Shown here one piece after another: positions 34,536 to 48,038 of a stretch of 64,000 nucleotides of DNA. Source of the stretch: Albugo candida (taxonomy: Eukaryota); the NCBI GenBank assembly GCA_040437565.1, contig JBDOQK010000016.1, positions 62,001 to 126,000 of the forward strand. The letters run 5' to 3'. The notes below the pieces were generated by a model, which saw only the letters and a list, made by a program, of their open reading frames with translations, was not told the origin of the DNA and searched no databases. Each line of letters starts with the position of its first letter. Position 1 is the stretch's first letter. The position numbers and the translations under genes were made by a program.

Positions 34536-36900
34536 TTATTTCGTGCCAAACTTTGCGGCGCAGTCCAAAAACTGAGCGGCCGAGATAGTTTTTTCGTTCG
34601 ATTGATTTAGATCCTCTTTGGCCATTTCCGCGATCATTAAGAGCTTTTTGACCGATATCGGATGATCAGACATGACTTCTAGAACTCGCGATTTATCATT
34701 ATTGTCCATCGGTAATTTGATGTGAGAGAATACAGCATCCAGTTCTTCTTTTTCACTTAGTTGTGGAACTTCCAATGATACGTCAAAGACATCAGACAGT
34801 TCTAACGCTTGAAGAGCGCTAATATCTGATGTTATACCGATAACAGCGAGCTTTCTTCCGATGACAGGGACCGGATTCCGAATCATAACCATAAGTGCTT
34901 GTAATACTTGATTTGAAAAGCGTGGACCAACGCCAACATAGTCCATGAGACGCTCCATATCGTCGAGAATGATGATGCTTAGCGGTGAACGATACGCTTC
35001 TTCAAACACATTGCAGATGTGAAAGCTCTTGGCTGTTTCCGCGCGTGCAAGTAATTCAGATGCTTTGATGAGACGAATGAGAGGAAATTCACTTGAAACT
35101 GCACAAAATGTTGCTAGCGCGGTTTTCCCTGCTCCACGTTGCCCGTGAAGAAGGACGGACATCAGAGGCGTCTTCTCGTTCGAACGTACTTGCTCAATAA
35201 TACGACAAAGAGCATCCCTTACATCTATAAACATCTGGCCGTATGGGATCAATCCGTTTTGGTAGTATAAAGATAACTGGTCACTCGGAGCGCCAAATTT
35301 CGGCTTCACTTCCTCCAACGCCAACTCGAAGTCTTCCATACAAATTTCTGGCTTAAAGTTGGTCATCGCGTGAAAGGTTTTTCCGTCAGTTCCACGTGAA
35401 AGTGCATGTGCTGTTGCGGCCCGAACCAACCCTTCTAGTTCAGCCCCCGAAAAATTCTTTGTACGATGTACCATATTTCGATAATCTGGTCCCAATGCTG
35501 CCAGCTTGGCTTCGTCAATGCCTGAGTCCAAGTCGGCAAGAACTTGATGATGTAAAGCTCCTTGTTCTCTAGCCCGTTCCGTATGAATCTTGAGTATTTG
35601 TGCACGACCTTTTTCGTCGGGTAAATTGATCTCAATTTGCACCTCGAGACGACCTGGCCGCATCAGAGCTTCATCCAGCATATCCTACGATGACAACATG
35701 TAAGCAAAATTTAATAGTTATAAAGTTACTGCTAAGTACCTTTCGATTCGTCATCCCGATCACCAACACATTATTCAGACTATCCACACCATCGATCTGG
35801 GTCAGCAGCTGATTCACGACGCTATCACCAACACCCGTTCCACCCTGGCTTGATCCACGCTGCTTGCAAATTGCGTCGATTTCATCAAATATAATGATAT
35901 GGACGTCACTTTCATCTCCCAGTTCTTGCTGATCTTGTCTTGCATCCGCAAAAAGCTCCCGAACTTTGCGTTCCGATTCACCGACAAACTTGTCGAGAAT
36001 TTCGGGACCATTCACCACTTTGGGTTCTTTCGCTGTCAAAGCTTGTGAAATCTTTCTCGCAATCAAGGTTTTCCCACAACCGGGCGGACCATATAGCAGC
36101 ATTCCACGCACGTGCTTAATACCAAGTTTCTGAATAACATCCGTGGGAAAAAGACGAGAAGCAAAAGCACGACGAAAGATATCATTGAATTCTTTATCAA
36201 GGCCACCAATTCCAAGTTTCGAAAAATCAAAATCTGGTTTGAAAACAGTTCGGACTCCTCCACTTCCTTGATTTGTTAGCTTGATGGGAGCTTCCTTAGC
36301 TTTTGTGAACTTTATCACCGTACCATCCATCAGAGATCCCAGCGACGGAGCGAGCGAATTTGTGCGCGATATCTCATTTGAGTCAAGATTTATTGGCTCA
36401 GTAGCAGTGCACTGCAGCCTCAAAGGCACACCATTCCATCCGGCAACCAAAAGCTGACCAATTCCAAAAATTTGATTGGTGAATTGAGACACCATTTCTT
36501 TTTTCAATTCTTCGCAGTCAATCGAACGAGGTTCATTGGATTGTCCTTGCGTCAAAACCTGCTGAATTTCAAATGCGATAGAGCCGAGTATGCATTTTTG
36601 TGTAGAAATGTCGTAAACTGAGACATGACATGCTTGGTTCAATGGAAGTCCCGCGCACATTCTCTGCATCGACCCTACCGCCAGCTGCCCGGGCTGAATC
36701 TGCTTTTGGGGCTTCGCTGCGAATACAAATTTACGATTTACGTAAATGTTCAATCCATGCGCTTTGAGATCTTCTTTAGTGACAAATCCGCGAGGCGCTT
36801 GTTTCACTAAAGCCATAAAGTCGTCAAAGTTCACATAGACGCAATTTGAGAACGCGAGAGAATTTGATGGAAGACCGCACACATTTAATTCGAACGACAT
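34536..36900 (-). CDS. NSF: N-ethylmaleimide-sensitive fusion ATPase (NSF/Sec18)
   Basis: LGIGGLDKEF..IFRRAFASR, GPPGCGKT, IIFDEIDAI; intron 35739-35685 joins MTNRK to DMLDEALMRPGR; D2 Walker A GQRGAGKT. Confidence 0.96.
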
Positions 36901-36988
36901 TTTTATGCCTCCCCAAGAGCCGAATTTCGGCCAATATAGTGGCTGAACACTATATTATCAAAAATGCTTTAATCTAACTGTTCTATAT

Positions 36989-37948
36989 TCAGACATGCTG
37001 CCGATGCGATGCTAATTTCTTCTGCTGTGATAAAGTCATTTTACAGATGGTAATTCGACACGTTGGACATGTTGCATTGAGTGAGAGCCATTCGTCAACG
37101 CAGTCGCTGTGGAAGTGATGATCACAGGGTAGAAGACGGATCTTCTCATTCAGCTTAAAGTCGCATAAGCAAATGCAGCAAGACGGATCGTACGTCAAGC
37201 TTGTCGGTGCAAAGATGCGCAGCGTCAGTTGGTTGATCATTTCTTGCGTCGCACCACGTTCGAGTTTGACTGACATGCGTTGTTCTATATACTCGTCAAG
37301 ATCCCATCCAGTCAATCGCACAATTCCGTATGAGATCAGACAATAGAGGAATGGAACTAGTGCATAAACATATGGGACGATAAGTAGCCAAAATCCAACT
37401 GAATGCAATGTAGTGGATCCATCACCACATCTATGTGCATCTGTTTCGGACGAGCCAGCGCTAAAAAATATCCATATGTTGCCCATGAGAGCCCAATACA
37501 ATTCCATCAGCGATAAAGTAAATCGAACATTCTTGAGTAGGTTTGTATGTCGATCATGATAATCGCGTACTCGTTGGAATTGCGAGTTCTGAGCCCAATA
37601 CACTACCCACTCAAAGCTCAGCGACAGCGTGACACGGATGCAGTGTACCAAAACCCATAGTTGGATACGGAGACATAAGCTCGAGCTATCCTCGTAATGT
37701 TGCCACTTATAAAGCAGCGTGACTACAGCCACTACGATTTGAGGAACACTTAGCAGCGATGATGCTACAATCACGGTGTATGGGGAATTCTCATCATTTT
37801 CATACAGTTGGGTATTTGTATTCCAGAGGTCATTACCTCTGCTTCTATGCTCAGAATCGACATCTGATATAGCAGTTTGTATCATCGGGTGCGTTTGTGT
37901 TGGTGAACTGAGATCATTAATGAGGATGGTGGGCATGTTACCATCCAT
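36989..37948 (-). CDS. Multi-TM RING-H2 E3 ubiquitin ligase
   Basis: Several hydrophobic helices, RGATQEMINQL, and CCICLCDF..LPCDHHFHSDCVDEWLSLNATCPTCR. Confidence 0.88.
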   Translation of the reverse strand: MDGNMPTILINDLSSPTQTHPMIQTAISDVDSEHRSRGNDLWNTNTQLYENDENSPYTVIVASSLLSVPQIVVAVVTLLYKWQHYEDSSSLCLRIQLWVLVHCIRVTLSLSFEWVVYWAQNSQFQRVRDYHDRHTNLLKNVRFTLSLMELYWALMGNIWIFFSAGSSETDAHRCGDGSTTLHSVGFWLLIVPYVYALVPFLYCLISYGIVRLTGWDLDEYIEQRMSVKLERGATQEMINQLTLRIFAPTSLTYDPSCCICLCDFKLNEKIRLLPCDHHFHSDCVDEWLSLNATCPTCRITICKMTLSQQKKLASHRQHV

Positions 37949-38058
37949 GAAAGTGTACAAAACCAAATGAATGAGAGCGAGTGAAAGCTAGAATGCGTCT
38001 CATTCAGTATTTTTAACAACGTCGTATTCTCATCACGATCAATCAACCCACAACCTGA

Positions 38059-38268
38059 CAATCCATTTCTATTGGTCACAATGTAATTCCATTATCGCGC
38101 GGTCGAAACGATGNNNNNNNNNNNNNNNNNNNNNNNNNNNNNNNNNNNNNNNNNNNNNNNNNNNNNNNNNNNNNNNNNNNNNNNNNNNNNNNNNNNNNNN
38201 NNNNNNNNNNNNNCAATCCATTTCTATTGGTCACAATGTAATTCCATTATCGCGCGGTCGAAACGATG
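38059..38268. repeat. 55-bp identical overlap on both sides of a 100-N gap
   Basis: 38059-38113 = 38214-38268. Confidence 0.9.
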
Positions 38269-38651
38269 TGACAAGACTAAATCTGCTGTGGAACTGAATC
38301 AATTATGCGATACTTTGCATGGCAAGCATTGCATTTTGCTGTCATTTTGATAAAGGATGGCACGCCGAGGAAAACTGCGTCTTTGAGACTCAAACGTCCC
38401 ACGGATTGATTTTCTTCATAATTTTATTAATACATTACAATCGAGCTGTTCCGTTCTCTGAATATTAGCGTCAGATTTGTGCATAAAACGCTACAGTATG
38501 GCGCTTTCAAATGCGTGCGACACGATCTTAAAAGCTACATCATAATGACGACCCCAGAATGGTTGCGAGATTCACCCAATCCAGTTACGTCTAGGTGTTG
38601 TCAACCGGTTTTGATTGGCTGGATGCCGTGACAGTTTGTCGCGTGGTGAAG

Positions 38652-40223
38652 ATGACAAGCCGATCTTCCTCTTCTTCTACGATTCCATGCTCGTTCTACG
38701 GATTAGGAAAATGTAAAATGGGCTCGTCGTGCAAATTCTATCACGCTGCTCGTGAAGATCTTGCCAAAAGTCCTCTTATATGTAAATTCTACCTCCAAAA
38801 TGCATGTAAGTTGGGCAGAAGATGCAAGTACTCACATGATAGCACTCAGCGACAAGACAATACCCCTGGAAACTCTTCATCTATACGCTCTACACCACTC
38901 AGCGCAGGTGCTTTCCGAGTTCGATGCAAATTTTTTGATTTGGGCTCTCTCGTGGGTGGCGGCTGTGCTTTGGGCAAACAGTGTCCTTATGTCCATGAAG
39001 CACTTTCGCAATCAGAGATGACCAAGCAGAAACGAAAAGATACTGCTACCAAGAAGAAAGAAGTGAAAATGGAAGAGAAAAAGATAAACCAAATCATCAA
39101 TGAGCAGTGCGAATACACTACTAAACAACAGCAAGGCGCTGTGGATGACTTTGTGCCGACCATCCAAGCCCGGAAAGGTCCGGGTCATGAGCGCTCGTAT
39201 TCTGAATTGAGTGAATTCATTTCGAAAGAAGAAGGTCAAATATTTGTGCATTTATTTTTCATATCGAGGCTGAAGAAATTTCATTTTAGAGTTATACTAT
39301 TATGGAGCACCTGGGGAACTAGAAACGAGCCTAGAATTAAACGGTGTTGATCCATACCACTCAACATTTGAAGAGCTTGAAATGAAGCCATCCTACAGAG
39401 AAATTGCGGGATTACATGTAGAAGAAGAAGACATTCCTAACGCGAATCAGGATCACAACACAATTCCGTACGCGTTTATCTGTAAACCAAAAAGCATGCG
39501 ATCGCATATTAAAGCTGATTACATTCATTCTTAGGGAAATTTGCTCATTTTACGTCCAAGGAGTATGTAAATACGGGAACAGATGCGTTTTTTCTCATTC
39601 TCTGGAAGTGCCTGACGAGTCCGATGCTGAACGTCAGCTAGTGGAAGAAGAGCTCAAAGCTTCAGCTGAAGCAGAGTGCAATATTTGCTATGAGCAAATA
39701 CTTGCAAAGCATGAACGTTTTGGTCTATTGTCTGGTTGTGACCATGTCTTCTGTCTGAGCTGTATACGCAACTGGCGAGATCATAGTGATCAACCCAAGC
39801 AAAACATCCGACAATGTCCAGTGTGCCGAGTGGAGACAGCTTATATCATACCATCTAGTCGTATGGTGACAAACCCAGAGCGTAAACAAGCATTGCAAAA
39901 TAATTTCAAGGTACGCTGAATCGTGTTATTTCAAATCAAATCCAACAGAATCTCATACGTATTCACTAGCAAAATTTGTCATCGATTCCGTGTCGCCATT
40001 TCGATCAAGGAAGGTGAGTCATACATGTATTAAAGAGGAACGATTGTCTAACACATTTACAAGGGGAGAGTGCCCGTTTGGTACGAGCTGTTTCTACAAG
40101 CATCAGTATCCTGATGGCTCGCTGGATGTACGTCAAGTTCGGACAGCGGTGGATGCAGACGGGCATTATGACGTACTTCGACAAGTCCGCTTAGACCATT
40201 TTCTCAGCTCTCAGCTCCCTTAA
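38652..40223 (+). CDS. Makorin-family CCCH/RING E3 ligase, multi-exon
   Basis: Several CCCH fingers (CSFYGLGKCKMGSSCKFYH etc.), RING ECNICYE..RFGLLSGCDHVFCLSCIRNWR..CPVCR, and terminal IPCRHF..CPFGTSCFYKH. Confidence 0.92.
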
Positions 40224-40328
40224 GTTTGGCGAATTACGAAATTTGAATCAGATGAAAAACTGCTTCAACTTTGATTAAAAATTAGAGTACGGAATCGAAA
40301 TTTTGAAACTACTTTTGTGACATTGTGC

Positions 40329-41251
40329 TCAGCCAATGTACTCTTCATCATGAAGGCTCCGGACAGTAACTGATCCGTTCTGCTCGCCGAAAAACGCTTT
40401 TTGTGCCATTCCGCAGAAAAGCCCAACGCCAATAACACCTGGAATCTTGACCAAATGATCATGCAACTCTTGTGGGTTTTCAATGCGTCCAAACTATCAT
40501 ATACGTACGATGAGTACAGCTGCATCATAGATGATGCACTACTCGTACATCAGTATCCAAAATAAAGTTGCCATTATCTGTGACCACAGGGCCGACTTTA
40601 CTTTGGGCCATACGCAACACTGATTCGCCTTCCAGTCGCTGCTCAATAAGCTTCATAATAGGTACATATGCCACTGGTGAAACCTCAATAGGCACGCCTT
40701 GGGTCCATTTTTCGCCAAGTTGAGTAGATTTTTTTCTCGAGTCCGCAACAATAACAAAGACTTTGGAATTATACGCAACAATTTTCTCCTGCAATTGGCA
40801 TCCTCCGCCTCCTTTGATACAATTCAGTGCACTGTCTACTTCATCTGCCCCATCAATCGCGACATCGATTACCGGATGTTCATCCAGACTCGTAATAGAT
40901 AGTTTATATTCTTGCAAGAGCTAATCAATGCAATTGACATAAAGCAATAGAATCCGAATGTACAAACGCTATGAACCTGTTTGGCTTGGAATGAAGTTGG
41001 GATGCATTCAATGTGTGTAAGCGTCCCATCACGAACTAATTCGCTTAGTCGTTCGATCGCATAAACAATTGTGGAGCCGCTTCCAATTCCAACTATCATA
41101 TTGTCTCGAACATACTCATCTACGGCTTTCCGCGCTGCCTACATCGATGATCGGTGCAGTATGCATATGTAATGTATTCTGCTAGTACGCTTACCATTCG
41201 TTTCGCATTTTTCAGTGGATTTGTAGGCGACTGCGGAATCGTGGATCGCAT
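40329..41251 (-). CDS. RPIA: Ribose-5-phosphate isomerase A, 4 exons
   Basis: VGIGSGSTI, IPTSFQ, IDGADEVD, IKGGGG, QEKIVA, GPVVTDNGNFILD, IPGVIGVGLF. Confidence 0.95.
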
Positions 41252-41358
41252 TGTACGGGTGAAGCGATTTATGTACCGGCAATGTGGCACAATCACGGAG
41301 CCATGCAGACGCAAACGCAGAATTGTTACATTTAATAATAAAAGAGCTGCAAACATAA

Positions 41359-43615
41359 TCAAACGCTCAATGGCTCCATCGCCTCACTTTCCCAGCGCAA
41401 CATGCCAAACATGGTTTCGTTAGCGACCTGATTCAATATTTTATCGTCTTCTTCACCCTTCACGTCGTAGTAGCCTAAAAAATGTGCTTTCCACTGTGTG
41501 GCATTATCTTTTGACCCGGTGAACTTCCATCCTTGACATTCTTCTCCACGGATACAGTTCTCGGTACATGGTGCTTGCACTTCGATGGATTTGATACCAA
41601 GATAATACTCGTTCCCGTCACGAAACTGAAAAGCGACAGAGATGTATTCTCGGTCGGTCATACCTGACCCTACCGAGGCGATACGGTGAACAACGACGAT
41701 GTCGTCAGTGACTTTTTGTAGCACCTGCTCATACACCACAAAAGTCAACGATTTTGAGAATTCTCTGATTGATAAAATGCAACGTACCCGAAATTGCTTC
41801 ACGTCCGGGTATATTCGTTTCGATTTTTCCGGAGAAGTCATAATTTTCCAAGACTCTCTGGCGACGTCACTAATATTCTTATTTGTGATTGACCGAACCG
41901 CATGAAAGTTTAAACTTGTTCCAGAGGCCCAGATCTCTGTCTTCCATCCAATCGCATAGCAAACACTCGTTTTTGCATTAACAGATGGACCAAACCGCTT
42001 CATCTCGTCATACGCTTCTCGGACAGCTTCATGACATATATTTAAATCCACAACGAGTGTCGGACCCCGAAGTGGGTTACCTAATAATTGTTCTCCGGAC
42101 CAGCAGGAGCTTCCAATACTTTTCTTTCGCTGATCATCATCACGGCAATCACTGGGAAGAGAATTAAGACCATGCTGAATCATCCTTGCAAAATTCTCNN
42201 NNNNNNNNNNNNNNNNNNNNNNNNNNNNNNNNNNNNNNNNNNNNNNNNNNNNNNNNNNNNNNNNNNNNNNNNNNNNNNNNNNNNNNNNNNNNNNNNNNAT
42301 CATCATCACGGCAATCACTGGGAAGAGAATTAAGACCATGCTGAATCATCCTTGCAAAATTCTCATGCTGTACAAGTTGCTCTTTTAGTTTTTCGTTATC
42401 TTTTCGAAGATTTTGCACCGTCACCAGTTGTTTGTCATGAGCGTCTTTGAGCGCTTCTTCATTCATACCAGCCATTTGTGAGCATTGCTCGGATAAATCG
42501 CCTCCAATGATACGAATCTGTTCTTTTAATTCCTCAATGCGTACCCTTAGGGAACTCTCTTCGTCCTTTTGCTTTTTTCGTCGACGCCGAGAAGCAAATC
42601 GCACTTGTTGACGTCTCCGTTCTTTTTTCTTTTGTGAATCATCATTTTCGTCATCCATTACCTCTTCATCACTCAAACTTTTATTGGAATGAAAGGATTT
42701 TGCCTGATACAATGTACTCTGCAAACCCGACGTTGATGAACTCGAAGTGATTGGTTGAATAGAGGAGCTACTGTGATCTGAGGAAAAATCGCATGGGTCC
42801 ATGCGAAGTAATGTATTTGCGGTCGAATTTGCAGATAAGTATGAATTTTCAGTGTGATGTGTTGCCATGCTTTCACTCATACTCATCGGCTCACTCATTG
42901 ATATCATTATCGCCGAGTTTGTGTGAGTAGGATGTGTTGATTCTTGCAAAGAGCTTAAATATGTCGAGGCTACGTTGAGTAGCGATTTATTCTTGGATGG
43001 TTGCGTACTCATCGGCGAAAGCTGTGAGTTTGATAGGGTCGGATCATGTATCTGCGGAATGTATAGTGCAGGATGAGTTTGGGGTGAAACAACTGGGATA
43101 TCTTGACGTGCCATCATTGACTGCATAGGGAGTTGCTGCACATTATGTTGTGAGTGTGACATGGAGATTTGATCTACATGAGATGGTTGTGTCTGACGAA
43201 CTAGATATGATGGAGGAGGTTGCGTGTAGAGCGGTGATGCATACAATGGCTCATTGATGATCGAGTTTGTATCAAATGCACTCATAATATCTTCAACCAG
43301 TCGAGAGTCATCCTCACTTGCGAGTAGCGAGTTGGCGGTAGTACTTGTGTTTGGTGTATAAGGCTGTGGATGTTGCGACATATTCATATTGTTATTCTGA
43401 TTCGTAGTATTGGATTCTATCGTCTGACACTGTGACGGCGCAGAAGTATACATTTCAGGCGCTGTAGAAGGCATTGATAGCGTGTTAAACATCATGTCGT
43501 TCATAAAATGTACAGATGGAGACATGAGTTCATTATGAATCGTCATATTAGGAGCATCTGATCGTTGCATACTATTGCGATCGGATAATGTTAGTTCATA
43601 CGGATGATGGTCCAT
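41359..43615 (-). CDS. bZIP-like transcription factor (Val at the invariant Asn) with C-terminal START/SRPBCC-like domain; one gene artificially split by a gap
   Basis: S/Q/P-rich N-terminus; basic region KKKERRRQQVRFASRRRRKKQK plus zipper. Removing the 66-bp overlap and Ns joins ENFARMIQHGLNSLPSDCRDDD to QRKKSIG..VLQKVTDDIVVVHR..MLRWESEAM. Confidence 0.75.
42133..42364. repeat. 66-bp identical overlap on both sides of a 100-N gap
   Basis: 42133-42198 = 42299-42364. Confidence 0.9.
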
Positions 43616-46541
43616 TTGAACAGCACGATTATAGTATACGGATGTCTATGACACGTGCAAATGCGGAATGAACCTAGGAAACCTCCAAGACTTGATCATG
43701 GATGCATTCGAAAAAGAGGAAAAGCTATGACCAGATGGGATAATTACCGCGAAGACGTCTTGATTTTTAAATAGCCACTCTTCTATAGGGAACTCGGGCT
43801 CCATCTTGAAATTTAAAGTATAGAAGCAGCCAACTCATTCTATTTGAAAGGAAATCAACTGTGATGTAATAGTATTACGCCTTCCTTGAGATGACTTTTT
43901 CGCAGATAACATCGTCTCGCACGGAAGAAACCTGTATTTATTCTTTCAAATTTGTGTGAACTGAGAATCCATGTCGAGAGACATTTGCCGTACACAACAT
44001 CGTGGCAGGAGGTAGTCCATGTCTTCAATACTATATTACCAAATAACCCAAAATTGATCAAAATTGATGATTGACGTCAGCATCAATTTTGCTTTATGTA
44101 AACTACGTCATACAAGTGTGTTACTGTATCAATGATCCATTGAATGTGGTGAATTATAAAATTTCATTCTCACCAATTAATTAATGTTCGAGAGGTAATA
44201 TTGCATCATCACTCCTTTGAAAACGCATGTGTCCTTCTGCGGACAGCTGAGTAAGGTTCGAGTATTTTAGATACTTTACGCAATCGAGAGATAGCCATTC
44301 CTGTTCTTTATTTTGACGATCAATGAGACATTTCTGCATGACTGAATGCATATTCTGCTGAATGAGAGCATATTTAGTCTTGGCGTTTCACTCTGTAGGC
44401 AAACTAGCCACAAGCTCGTGAAGCCATTGTTTCGGACGGTCACTTAAATATGGTTCGTATCTTTCCCATTCATAACTTTTTAGCCTCAAAAGCGTCATGT
44501 AACGCGTACAGTGTACAACATACTCAACACGTGAAGGAGCGGTTTGAGGGAGTGATGAAGCTCAACTGCCGAAATCAGCCAAACACTTCCTACGGATCAT
44601 GAGAGAAAACAGGATGAAAGGGGAATTAACGCGCCAGTGGCCGGATTCACATGCAGCGAGAGGCTCGAAGTCGGCACCTTCGAGCAATGCATAATGTCTC
44701 TTCGCAGTATGCATCTTGTCGGTCGAGTCGTATCAGTTCAAAGATGAAGTTTCCGTGTGCGCGTACCAGACTTTCGTATTTGCATGTGCAATTGCAGTAC
44801 TGATCTATACAAGCCGCTGCTTCTTCGGTCGGAAACTGAGCAAATCAGTTCTGATGAGAGAGACTCCAGTCCGAAGGAGATCGCTTTCGCGATGGCTGCG
44901 ATGCTACATTCGAAGTCAGTTTATCGTACCATGAAGTTATGGCAACCGGTCGGGGTAACCCATCGGCATTTCCATCACCTAACTGTATCAGCCAGTCGAG
45001 CATAATATCCCAGAAATCCAGAAACAAAAGATATAAGATCATCGTATTTACACTAAAGCACTCGTCGTCTCATCAAAAGCGTCGTGGTTTCATGAACATT
45101 CTCTTCATGCTCACAGGCGCGTGTTTCGTTCAGTGACCTAGATCAGGATACATACAACCAAAGTCAGCAGTTGATACAAGGACATGCGTGGCACGCATTG
45201 GGATAAATCCGGATACTCGGAGGCAAATACTTTAGCAAAGTTGACTCGTTCTTGGTTGTACACCGCGACCTGCGACAGAAGCCTACTGCATGCCTCGCAA
45301 AAAGGAGGTCGTAGACGGCTGACTAGGTACAAATTCGAGAAATAATACCTGCATCTGCAAGTTCAGTTATGAACCTGGCGACAAGTATAATGCAAGGCGT
45401 CATCAACACATGGAAGTCGTGTCAGCAAACCTCTTCATTGCAAGTAATTGATCAGACCTCGGGTATCGTACAAGTCTAAATGAAACTCAAGTCGATGAGA
45501 ATTGCTGTTGCACAATAGCTAATAGTCTACATAGTTTACCACACTCAAGTGAATATTCCTTCGCAAAAGCATTACATAGACCCAGATGAGAAAATCCGCG
45601 GAACCAAAATTTAGTGATATGTGTCTATTCGGGACTTGCGTTAAAGCGGGAAGAACATTGAAACGATACTTGCGTGTCGATGCTCCGCCATGGAGGCATA
45701 CGTGACTTGCTACCCGCAGATTCGAAATCACTTGAAACACGTGTGAATCAGCAATCCTGAAAGCCATACCACCGTATCGATGAGATGACCGCGCTGGTAA
45801 ACACAGAAAACGAAGAAGGCTGAGCTTGTTATCTCGTAAAGTAGCTTGACTCTCAAGCAAATTGTACTCAAAATCTAACACTGTCAGCCACCAAGTACTG
45901 AGCACATAAGGCGACGTTGAAAGTGTTGTCAGCAATAAAATGTTCAGGAAGAAAGTAATTCATGCAGCAGGCTCTCTTGAAGCAATTTAACAAGAAGTAT
46001 TTTACAAGAAGGTAGCGATTATGCCGTATTAAGATCAAAACTGAGCTCTGTTAGGCTCTTTCACGATGAGTTGGAAAATCACTAGTGAAACGAGCGCAGG
46101 ATTGGGTTCCGCAATAAATCAAGTCAAACTTTAGTTTCATAACAATCAGCCTTGACTAATGACACATTGGGTATGCCAAGAATAGGAATAAACATGACGA
46201 GCCACTTCACGCTATGAAGGAGTTTCAGATTGAAATTTACAGCCACAAAATGTGTCATCAAAAAAAAAAAAAAAAAAACATTTCAAATTCAGAACACAAG
46301 ATTCATACAAAGAAAGTCGGATATAATGCAAGCTAAAGAGCATGGCTCCATCAACACTCGTACAGTAGTATTCTTTCCACGAAGTCGAGGAGTGAGTAAA
46401 GTGTCAATGCATCAAGTGTAGGAGGCCAAGAAAAAATTGCTCTCTTCAGCGGATTGTTAACTAATCCTCAAGCATCAAATCTTCCATATGGAATGGGGTG
46501 CTGTATTTGGTGCACATCCTGTCAGATTCAAACTTTGCGCG

Positions 46542-47663
46542 ATGCTGCGATTTTCATTGCTTCCTCTTCTCTTATATGCCTATGATATAGCCGCATTATC
46601 AAGTCACGCAGCAATCACCAAATCAAAAGTGTGTGCATTTGATTATGAACATTCCAAGAAGCCGCTAGATCTTATTCAGGTACATCCACTACCTCGAAGC
46701 ATCCTAACAAATGCGCAGTACCCTCGTATCTTATGCTTTGTAAACACCATATCAACGCATTTGAGGCGAGCTCAAGCGGTCGCGAGCACCTGGGGACAAA
46801 GATGTGATAAGCTTATCTTTTTCAGTAATGTATCAGACTCAATTTCCGCAAAGTCGCTTCGATTTGAAGTAATTGGGTTGAAGGTCAATTCTGATCACGA
46901 CCATCTTTGGGGCAAACACAAAGCGTCACTAACGTATGTACACAATCATTTTCGTCACTCGTACGATTGGTTTTATAAGGCCGACGATGACGCGTACGTG
47001 ATAATGGAAAACCTGAAGAATTATCTCAGGCAGCCTGAGATCTACTCCCGATGGAAGACTGAGCCGATGCAAGTTGGTCATCGGCTTCGACTGGAAGACG
47101 ATACTACGCGGTATTATATCGTGGAACGAACACTACGAGATGACTTTATGCGAAAGTACCGACGACTCATATTTAATGGAGGCGGTCCAGGCTATGCTCT
47201 GAACCGATCGTTTTTGGATAACATCGTCAATTCACTTCCAGATTTTGATTGTTTTTCGCAGAAACAAAGTGAGATGATACCTGATGATGTGGCAGTTTCG
47301 TTCTGTATGGTATGGAAAAATACATCGCCTGTGGAGACGCGCGATTATCAAGGTCGCGAGCGATGGCTGGTGGACTCGCTTAATGGGGCATATCACTCCT
47401 ATTTATACGATCCCAAAAATTGGATTTACGAATACCATAAGACAATTGGAGGTGTGCGCACTAGGAGTGAGTGTTGCGCCCCGGACAGCGTTGCATTTCA
47501 CTACGTGACACCAAGTTTGATGTACCATTATGAGCGACAATTGTATTGGTGTCGCGATGAAAACTCCGAAACCATCCATGATTTCAACTTGCAATTTAAC
47601 TATTCAATCTCCGAAAGAATTGCGGATGTGCCTTTTGACGAAGCAGATCGTGATGAACAGTGA
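46542..47663 (+). CDS. GT31 core-1-type beta-1,3-galactosyltransferase (C1GALT1/Fringe-like)
   Basis: RILCFV, TWGQRCDKLIFFS, YDWFYKADDDAYV (DxD), GGGPGYAL, DDVAVSFC, CCAPDSVAFHYV; alternative ATG at 46488. Confidence 0.9.
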   Translation: MLRFSLLPLLLYAYDIAALSSHAAITKSKVCAFDYEHSKKPLDLIQVHPLPRSILTNAQYPRILCFVNTISTHLRRAQAVASTWGQRCDKLIFFSNVSDSISAKSLRFEVIGLKVNSDHDHLWGKHKASLTYVHNHFRHSYDWFYKADDDAYVIMENLKNYLRQPEIYSRWKTEPMQVGHRLRLEDDTTRYYIVERTLRDDFMRKYRRLIFNGGGPGYALNRSFLDNIVNSLPDFDCFSQKQSEMIPDDVAVSFCMVWKNTSPVETRDYQGRERWLVDSLNGAYHSYLYDPKNWIYEYHKTIGGVRTRSECCAPDSVAFHYVTPSLMYHYERQLYWCRDENSETIHDFNLQFNYSISERIADVPFDEADRDEQ

Positions 47664-48038
47664 AGCTTCTAACCTTATCATCTGTTGTTTGCGCTGCCTT
47701 GCGGGCTTTTCTCTATGACAATGTCATAACCTTCATTTTAGTATGATAATCTCTCGATAAATACATTGAGCTACCGCAAGTATGAGGTTGCAACATTATG
47801 TGCCGCTCATCCGCCCATGCGTGCATGACTCTTTAGCATTGCTTTGCATGTATTCTCCGTCTACGCAGCTGTGAATGCGACAATGTTGCATCATGACGCC
47901 TTACTTCTTATGTACGATTCGACAATACAATTTTACACCTTCCTTCCATTATCCATCGGGTCGTTGTATCGATGACACGATATTGTTAAAAAGAGTGACC
48001 ACTTTCCTCATTTCAAATCTATATAGGCGCACCAAAAA

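Noticed and set aside
46259-46278. A-run as a retroposon tail
   Set aside because: No target-site duplication or upstream element recognised; treated as a simple homopolymer.
43700-46400. Gene-free 2.7 kb with short ORFs and a copia-like IYTKAL fragment
   Set aside because: No ordered set of motifs; cannot distinguish TE decay from the upstream regulatory region of the TF.
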